In this document: piece by piece, positions 54,224-64,000 of the stretch | Position numbering within the stretch: position 1 is the stretch's first letter | How the letters are laid out: the number at the start of each line of letters is the position of its first letter | Origin: Proteromonas lacertae | Lineage: Eukaryota | DNA: 64,000 nucleotides | Assembly: GCA_002245135.1 (NCBI GenBank) | Contig: NGBS01000871.1 | Coordinates: forward strand, 1 to 64,000 | Reading direction: 5' to 3' | Position numbers and translations under genes: made by a program | The notes under the pieces: generated by a model | The model's database searches: none | Seen by the model: the letters and a program-made list of their open reading frames with translations, nothing else | Told to the model about the DNA's origin: nothing

Positions 54224-57200
54224 ATGTCACAGGATGAGATTCATGTATATTTCATCCAATTTAATATTATTAGATTGGGGATAGAGTTATTGCCAATGGA
54301 AAGACTGGTACAATTAAGTATATAGGTAAACTGGAAGTAGCTCCAGGTAATTGGGGAGGTGTTGACTTAGATGAACCATTGGGTAAGCATAATGGAACAT
54401 TCAATGGGAAAACTGTATATTTTCTAGAAATATATTTGTAGTATTTCGTATGTGAGGATAAACATGGTTGTTTTGTGAAGATGGATTTAATCAAAAAATC
54501 ACCACCACCAGAAATTTTAGAAAAAATCAAAAGAAAAGGATCACTGCCATCATCTAACGCAGGAAGTGATAATGAAGATAATTCGCCCAATATTCCAAGA
54601 CCATCAACAAGTATACCATCTAAAAGACTGTCAGATCCTAAGAAACCGCCATCATCCGCATTACCACCAGCAAAACCAGCAGTTGGTAGAAGATCAGAAA
54701 TACCAAGAGCTTCAAGTAAGACAACCTCAAAATCAGAACTTCCACCAAGAAAGACAACTCCTACAACAACATCATCATCATCTACAACAGGTAGACCATC
54801 TGTTAAACCATCATCCACTTCATCTTCAGTAACAAAGAAAGACACTAAGAGATCTACTTCATCATCATCTAGTAGTAAAGTAGCTGAAGTCAATGAAATA
54901 GCAATTAGCAATGGATTACAAGAGGTATTGCAGCAACAAATTAATGAAAAAGATAAAGAATGTAATGAATTAAAGAACCAATTAAATGAATTAATGAAAC
55001 AGAATAATGAATTACAATTTAGTGTAGATAATTGTAAAAATGTAATATCTGAATATGAAAAAGAAATAGACGAATTAAAAAGAAATGAATTGAAATTAAA
55101 AGAAGAAAGTGAGAAAGAAAAAGAAAACAATGATAATGATGATAGTTTAATGAATAATGATGAAAGTAACTCAATTATTACCTCATTATATAATAGAATA
55201 AGTGGTTATGAAACTGAGATAAGTCAATTCAAGAAAGAGAAGAATGAAATGGTTCAAAAGATTAAACAGTTAGAGTATGAAAATGGAGAGAAAGAAGAAG
55301 AGAATAAAAGAATAAATGAAGAAAAACAAAGTTTATTATCAAAGTATCAAAAATTAGAATTAAGTAATGCCAATTTCAAATCACTTGAAGAAAAATCTGA
55401 AGAATTTGATAGAATAGTTGGAGAAAAAGATGTAGAAATAAATGAACTAAAAATCAAACTAGAAGAATTATCACTTGAAAAAGAAGAAATAGAATTTTCT
55501 AAAGAAGAAATTGAAACAAAATATGAAATATTACAAAATAGTTTAAGTGAAGGAAACACTGCACAAATTAACATTCAAATAGTTGAAGAATTAGAACGAT
55601 ATAAAACAGAAAATAGAAACTTAAAAGAAGAGAATGAAATGTATAAAGAGCAAGTCCAAGTTTCATCATCTTATGAAGACATTATTGAAGGATTAACTAA
55701 TGATAAACTCACATTAGAAGAACAACTACAGGATTTAGATACTCAATTGAAAACAGTAGAAGAATATCGTGATATACAAGATCAAATGGAAGAAGAATAT
55801 ATAAAATATAAAAATCAATTGGAAAATACAATTAGAGAGAAAGATATAGAAATACAGGAGATGAATAATAATTTGATATTATTAGATCAAAGTGTGGTCG
55901 ATAGAGATAATATGATTCAATTATATATTAATAAACTGAATGAAATGGAGAAATATAAGAAGATTGTAGTTAAAAATGGACTTAAAGTTGATGATGTTAA
56001 TAATTCTAATAGTTTAAGTGAAGATAGTGAAATAATAATGAAAAGACAATCTCATTCTAATAATAATAATAATAATAATATAGTAAATGAAAGAGAGATT
56101 AAAAAATATGAAAATAAAATGGATATACTCAGTAATGAGATAGAAATATTGAATGTAATGTTGAAGAAATATTACCAGTTAATTCCTATTAATACAATTA
56201 AAAGTAAATTTGAGAGTGTTGATACTTATTTCAATGTGAAATTTGGTAATATAATGAGTGAAAGAATCTTAAAATTTTATGACATTTCCAATAATGATTT
56301 ATTAAACAAATTGTCACCAAAATTGATATTAAATGAATATAGATCTTATCACGATTTAACTAAATATTATTATTTGAATAACATTATGAATAATATATTT
56401 TGCCATTATCATGAAATTATAAGTTATGAAAGTTATAAGAATCTATCAATAGAAATAAATGAATCACTAGAAACTGGAAAGATGAAATTGAATGAAATTA
56501 TTTCACATTTTATGAAAGAGAATTTATTAAGTTATGATGAAAATATGAGTAATTGTGTGGATATAATGAATGAAATAATAACGAAATATAAAACAGAGTT
56601 GAATAATAATGATTCTGTTGAATTATATATATATTCAAAATCCATCTATTCAATTTGTAATGAATATTTATTCTATTTATCAATATTCCCCAAAATATTT
56701 TCATCTATTATCAATTACATAAATTCAACACTTTCACCTCAACTTAAAAACACTCCAGTTGAGTTTATCGATCAGTATGAAATATCTGAAGAGTTCTTAA
56801 AAGCAATAAATGATAATATACTAATCGTAAAGAATAAAATGAAAGAATATTACTTAGTAAATGATATTATGAAATATAATGCTAAAAATAATAGTGATAA
56901 AATCGTATTAAACAATTTATTAAGTGAATTAGAGATGATATTTGATAGTCATATCATAACATTATTTGAAGATTTATATACTATATATCATCCATTCAAT
57001 TTAGATTCATTACTTGTAAGAGGTAAAAATGAAGGAAAATTTGATGCATTTAATCGATTTTATTATGGTGATAATATCAATGATAAATCTACTAATATCT
57101 TATTAGATAGAATAAATGAGTTGAATATAAAGTTGAGTAATTGTGCTGATAATTGTAATGAGTTGAAATTCAGTTTTGATTTGAATAAAGTCATTTCTGA

Positions 57201-58065
57201 TTCTTATAGCAATAATAGTGATGAATTGATATTAGCTGAATCAATTAGTGAGTTGGAAAATGAGATGAGAAGTGTTATTATGGAAGCTATCAATGATAAA
57301 GAGAATATCTTCAATGAAATGAAGAACAAAGTGAAAGAATTAGACAAATTCAAGAGAAGATATGAGATATTACAAGAAAGTTATGATAAATTGAATAATG
57401 ATTATAAAATATACAAAGAAGAGACAAAATCAGGTTTATCTGAGTTGGTAAAGAAAAATGAGAAAAATAGTCGTTTCTCAACTGGTGACAAAAATTCACC
57501 CCAACAAAATCAAAAAATAGTGAATGAGATAGTAATCAAGTATCCTAATGATTATATGAGGAATTTTATGAATTATTATGCTACTAAGGAGAGATTTAAT
57601 GAAATTGATGAAACATGTATGTTGATAAACTCATTTGAAGAATTACCAGAAGTTACTACCAATTTGATGAATAACAATGATGAGAATGAGAATGATATGG
57701 ATGAAGAAATAGTTAGAGATGATAGTGAAGATGATGGCTTTAAGAAATTGAAAGAAATTAATGAATTATGTAAAGAATTCTATAGTTATTGTGCAAATAT
57801 TGAAATAATAGATATAAAAGATGATTTAGCTAATGCTTTTGACCAAATTAATAAGAATAAAGTGAAATACAGTGAAATACAGAAGAAAATAATGAATGAT
57901 AGTGAAAGAATAATAAAAGAAAGTGATAATGATATTCATTTGAGTTCTAATATGTATCAATCACTGTATGCACGTATTTCATTATGTTCTAACGGTTTGA
58001 ATGATAATGCAGTGAAGTTGTTGGTTGATTCAAAGCAATTAACGAATTTGGTAACATTCTCTTAA
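54224..58065 (+). CDS. DCTN1: Dynactin p150Glued-like (CAP-Gly, basic S/T/P region, coiled coils), 3 exons
   Basis: CAP-Gly WGGVDLDEPLGKHNG...YFVC...GCFV; EQVQVSSSYEDIIEGLTNDKLTLEEQL resembles the p150 CC1 end. Confidence 0.75.
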
Positions 58066-58217
58066 AGAATTATCAAAGTAATATTTATTATTAAACATTT
58101 ACAACTATTATGAATTGTATTGTGTTGTTTGAGAAAGAAAAATGGAAGGTTTGAAATTCAAAAATTCAAATTTTTTATAACAGCTAGTTTGGTAGTTTTT
58201 TTTAAATTTCATTCAGC

Positions 58218-59613
58218 ATGAACTTTTTTTCTCTTTTTAGTTCTCAAAAACCAGTAGAAGAAGAGGTACAACCTCAAGAACCCATATCAAAGTATAATAA
58301 TCAATATTTAGAAATAGATTGGTGATTATGTATCAGCCAATGGTAAATATGGAACAGTTAAATATATTGGTGATTTTCATGTATGGTTTTGTAGTTTTTA
58401 TTTATATTAGCTTGCTCCTGGCACATGGGTTGGTTTAGAATTGGACGAAGCGAAAGGAAAACATGATGGATGGATTGAAGGTACAAGAGTATTTATATTT
58501 AGTCATTTTATTCTAATAGTATTTCAGATGTGCACCATATCACGGAAGTATGGTTAAACTTGAACTATGTGAATATGTTGGCAAAGCTCCTTCTGCCTGC
58601 AACTAATGATTTGAATGATAGTGTAATTCTCAATGAATTTGGTGATGATTTAAATTCAACAATCGTCAAACAAGATGAAGATGAAATAGAACAAATATTA
58701 AAAGAAACAAATCCAGAAGATGAGAATGACAGTAGTTTATACTCTAACTCCATTGCTTCATATTCAAAACCAACAACATCATCATCTTCACAACAACAAC
58801 AAAAGAGAGGAGGAGGTGAAGCATTTGATTTTACAGATTTATTTAAAAAAACCAACAGCTACAAAAAAGATAGGTGAAAATAAAATGCCCAGTAGATTTG
58901 GTAGTAGCAATAATAATAATAATAATAATAATGGAAGAATCTCATTATCAAGTGCTAAATCTACAGTATTACCAAATTCAGCATCAAAATTAAGTTCAAA
59001 TTTAAAATCAAGTTATTCTTCTTCATCAGTATCTTCTAATACATCTCAAGAAGTAAAAAATCTAAAAGATGAACTAACCAAAACAATACAAGAAAGAATG
59101 GATTTAGAGCAACTATTAGATGATAGAGTTCAAGAAATCAATAATTTAACTCAAGCATATAGTGAAATGCAATCTGAATTTGAAAAATTAAAATATGATC
59201 ATGATAAAATGGAAGTAGAATATGATAAATTGAAAAGATTATCATCCAGTACAACTACAACATCCAATATGATTTTGCAATTACAACAACAAGTGGATCA
59301 ATTGAAAACAGAAAATAAAAGATTAACTCAAGAAAATTTAGTATTAAAACAAGCAAATAAAGAGAAAAATAAACTGATGAAAGAGAACAATCTTAATAGT
59401 ACTAACAATAACAATAGTAATAGTTCATTGAATGATTCAATTACTTCTAAAACATCAACAACACCATCCATTGGTACAATTAATAGATTCTCTTCATCTT
59501 ACTTTAATAAATCAACAACATCATCAAATACACCATCAGCATTGGGTAATACTAAATCTTATTCAGCTATAAATACATCAACACCAAGTGTATCGAAATG
59601 GAAGAATTTTTAA
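58218..59613 (+). CDS. Second CAP-Gly coiled-coil protein; introns and two +1 frameshifts (~58597, ~58850)
   Basis: IGDYVSANGKYGTVKYIG...WVGLELDEAKGKHDG...YFRC. Confidence 0.7.
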
Positions 59614-59737
59614 AAACACACTCTCTTTTTTTTTAGATTATATTATATGTATAAATGCTATTATTTTATTTTAAAAAAATGTGTTTTATATGGTTTAAAA
59701 AAGAAAAAACACTTAAGAATAAAATACAGTCAAATAA

Positions 59738-60170
59738 TTATATTACTGGGTCTTCTCTGAAATCTTTCCAATTGCTTTCAGCTGATCTTGGCATAGTATC
59801 ACCAATTTTGACCAATTGAGCAATCTATTAGCAAAGAATTAGAATAAATAATATACTGTATGAGTAACTTCATCAACACTAAAGTTTTCTAAATCCATTT
59901 CACGTTCTTCACCAAAATCTATTAATAGAGTAAAGAATAGAGCAAAATACCATATCTTGCAATAACTCTTGCTTTGATTCCTTCACATTCTCTCACTAAA
60001 AATGGAAATGTTGGATTAAGCATTTTGATCTCACCATAGTTCTGTTTAATGAAATCTCTATAAAAATGAGTGTATTATGAATACCTTGCTCCTTTACTTC
60101 CTTGAGATGTTTGTGCTAGCAAAAATCTTAATTCATTCATGTTTCTGGTGAATAAAGCCTTCCAACTCAT
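59738..60170 (-). CDS. NDUFA2: Complex I accessory subunit NDUFA2/B8, 4 exons; missing from the ORF track
   Basis: MSWKALF...ELRFLLAQTSQGSKGARDFIKQNYGEIKMLNPTFPFLVREC.G..ARVIARYDFGEE. Confidence 0.88.
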
Positions 60171-60249
60171 GGTTTAATCGATGAAAAAAGAAATAAAAAT
60201 TAAAAAACTTACCGTTTTGTGAATCATTTCTAATTTTCTATCTTTCTGA

Positions 60250-61251
60250 ATGAGCAGTGATAAGGTATGTGTGCAAATCTTAATCAGTTATAGAAAGAGA
60301 CTGGTACCTTTGCCGTAAAAGCTGGATTAGCTCAAATGCTAAAAGGAGGTGTTATAATGGATGTAACTACTCCAGAACAAGCTCGTATTGCTGAAGAAGC
60401 TGGCGCAGTAGCTGTAATGGCTTTAGAGCGTATTCCCGCTGATATAAGGTATGTATTGAAGAAACACTATTAATTGAATAGAGCATCAGGAGGCGTCGCT
60501 AGAATGAGTGATCCAAAAGTCATTAAAGCTATTCAACAAGCTGTCAGCATACCAGTTATGGCAAAAGCTCGTATTGGTCACTTTATTGAAGCAAAAATCC
60601 TCGAAGCTTTAAAAATCGATTATATCGATGAATCAGAAGTATTAACAATGGCTGATGAAGAGAATCACATTGATAAAAATCAATTTACAGTTCCTTTCGT
60701 CTGTGGTTGTAGAAACATTGGTGAAGCTTTGAGAAGAGTTGCTGAAGGTGCTGCTATGTTAAGAACAAAGGGAGAAGCTGGTACTGGTAATGTTGTTGAA
60801 GCTGTAAAACATGCAAGAAAAGTACAAGCTGATATTCGAAGATTACAATCAATGGATGAAGAAGAATTATACTCCTTTGCTAGAGATGTATAATTATTAT
60901 TATTTTACATGTATTTCTACTATTAATTAATAGAATGCTGTTCCAATTGAATTAGTTCGACAAGTACATACTACAGGTCATTTACCAGTAGTTAACTTTG
61001 CTGCTGGTGGTGTAGCTACTCCAGCTGATGCTGCATTGATGATGCACTTAGGTATGGATGGTGTGTTTGTAGGATCTGGTATTTTCAAATCAGGAAATCC
61101 AGCTAAAAGAGCAAAGGCTATTGTCCAAGCTGTAACTCACTACAAAGACTACAATTTGTTAGCTGAAGTTAGTGAAGATCTTGGTGAAGCTATGGTTGGA
61201 ATTAGTGATATTCCAAATGATAAAGTCAATTTCAGAGCAAGAGGTGTATAA
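60250..61251 (+). CDS. PDX1: Pyridoxal 5'-phosphate synthase subunit, 4 exons
   Basis: [75 protein letters not shown]. Confidence 0.96.
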
Positions 61252-61456
61252 ATGAAGTGAAAAAAGAAAGAAAATTACAAATGGCAAGATTCACAACATT
61301 TATTTTAATTAAGTGACATTTTATATACTTAATTAAAATAAAATACAATTTAATTTATGTGTTTGGATGAAAAAGATAATTTAAAAATTCAAAATAGGCT
61401 TGATTATCTCAAACATTTTCATCATAAATTATTCATTTTTGATTTTCTCGACAAAG

Positions 61457-62533
61457 ATGAGAAATTTGATTTTTTTAATGGTAGTAAGTGCATGCTTAGC
61501 AGCAACTTGTCCCAATTTATGTAGTGGACATGGTACTTGCACAAAATCAGGAACTTGTAGTTGTTACAAGGGTTATACTTTTGGAGATTGTTCTGGTAAA
61601 GTATGTCCATACGGCAAAACATATGTAGAACCAGAAGCTAGTACTACAGGTAATGATAAACACACAGATTTAGAATGTAGTGGTAAAGGAAATTGCAACA
61701 GAGAGAGTGGTTTATGTGAATGTTTTGATGGATTTGAAGGAAGTGCTTGTCAAAGATTAAGTTGTCCAAACAGTTGTAGTGGTCATGGTTTATGTGTTCC
61801 AGTTCAACACTTATCATTAGATGCTAAAAGTGATGGAAGTGCTCAATATGGAAATGTATATAATCCAACTGCATATGGTAAATGGGATGTAGATCAAAGT
61901 TATGCTTGTGTGTGTGATGGTGAATATAGTGGTTATGACTGTAGTGAGAAGAAATGTCCAAGTGGATATACCGCAACTAGTGACTGTGAAAGTTCATCAT
62001 CAACATCAACTGAAGTAATTGAATTAGGTAGTACTTCTCCTGGTAATGCTTGTTTAGCTTATTTAGAATATACAGATAATTATGGTAGAAAATGGTATAC
62101 TGATAAATTATGTTTAACTAAAATTACAGAAGGAGGTTGGAATGATGCATTAAAAAGATTACCAGTTGGTGTTATTGATCCAGATACAAAAGTTGAAATA
62201 GATTCTACTAATAATAAAGTAACAATTACTTTTGGAAGTCAACAAACAGGAAGAAAACCACAAATTAAAGTAATATCTAAAAAAGATTTGGAGGATAAAA
62301 AAGATCTATATCCAGGTGCAACAACACCATCAGGTTATCATGGAATGTCAACTTCTGATTTAGTGAAAGATAATACAAATGATCTTTATACAGGCACAGC
62401 TTCTTACACTTACAGTGGAGTAAAAGCAATAGAATGTGGTGGAAATGGTTCATGTAATACAGAAACAGGATTATGTGAATGTTTTACTGGTTTTTATGGA
62501 ATTGCTTGTACAATGACAGAAGATATGATGTAA
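61457..62533 (+). CDS. Secreted EGF/tenascin-like Cys-rich protein, Sig1/mastigoneme-protein-like, intronless
   Basis: Signal peptide; CPNLCSGHG, ECSGKGNCNRESGLCECFDGFEGSACQR.SCPN.CSGHG, WD....C.CD..YSG.DCS...CP.G, terminal EGF repeat. Confidence 0.72.
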   Translation: MRNLIFLMVVSACLAATCPNLCSGHGTCTKSGTCSCYKGYTFGDCSGKVCPYGKTYVEPEASTTGNDKHTDLECSGKGNCNRESGLCECFDGFEGSACQRLSCPNSCSGHGLCVPVQHLSLDAKSDGSAQYGNVYNPTAYGKWDVDQSYACVCDGEYSGYDCSEKKCPSGYTATSDCESSSSTSTEVIELGSTSPGNACLAYLEYTDNYGRKWYTDKLCLTKITEGGWNDALKRLPVGVIDPDTKVEIDSTNNKVTITFGSQQTGRKPQIKVISKKDLEDKKDLYPGATTPSGYHGMSTSDLVKDNTNDLYTGTASYTYSGVKAIECGGNGSCNTETGLCECFTGFYGIACTMTEDMM

Positions 62534-62601
62534 AGATAAATATTATTAAGATTAATTTATGATCATGTTTTTGTTATTTTTAATAATTAATAAACAATTT
62601 A

Positions 62602-64000
<1,399 letters not shown>

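Overview
Very AT-rich, gene-dense eukaryotic nuclear DNA with about 30 protein-coding genes, tiny GT-AG introns (mostly ~25-45 nt) and only 55-190 nt between most divergent start codons. Several features point to an Opalinata-like stramenopile (Blastocystis/Proteromonas group); this is inference: an OMPDC-OPRT reverse fusion, a Sig1/mastigoneme-type EGF protein, complex I NDUFA2 and ~30-nt introns. Genes include a DNAH1-like axonemal dynein heavy chain, neutral sphingomyelinase, TBC RabGAP, CDK10/11, a BET-like bromodomain protein, an FG nucleoporin, ELP2, ABCC, ERGIC3, NAA35, cathepsin L, an atypical Hsp70, a double-coactosin, ARL3, AspRS, an ANKIB1-like RBR ligase, dynactin p150, PDX1 and GH47. 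Main finding: two ORF breaks are resolved by AT-AC introns of minor-spliceosome (U12) type that share the donor ATATCTTTTTA (14294-14352 and 44416-44471). One of them lies inside a bacterial-type BtuF/helical-backbone metal-receptor gene that looks horizontally acquired, which would imply de novo gain of a minor intron. Also seen: a dispersed LRR-derived intergenic repeat, a candidate promoter motif GGCTTGA, and about nine single-base frameshifts that are most likely assembly errors. All exon structures were inferred by eye.
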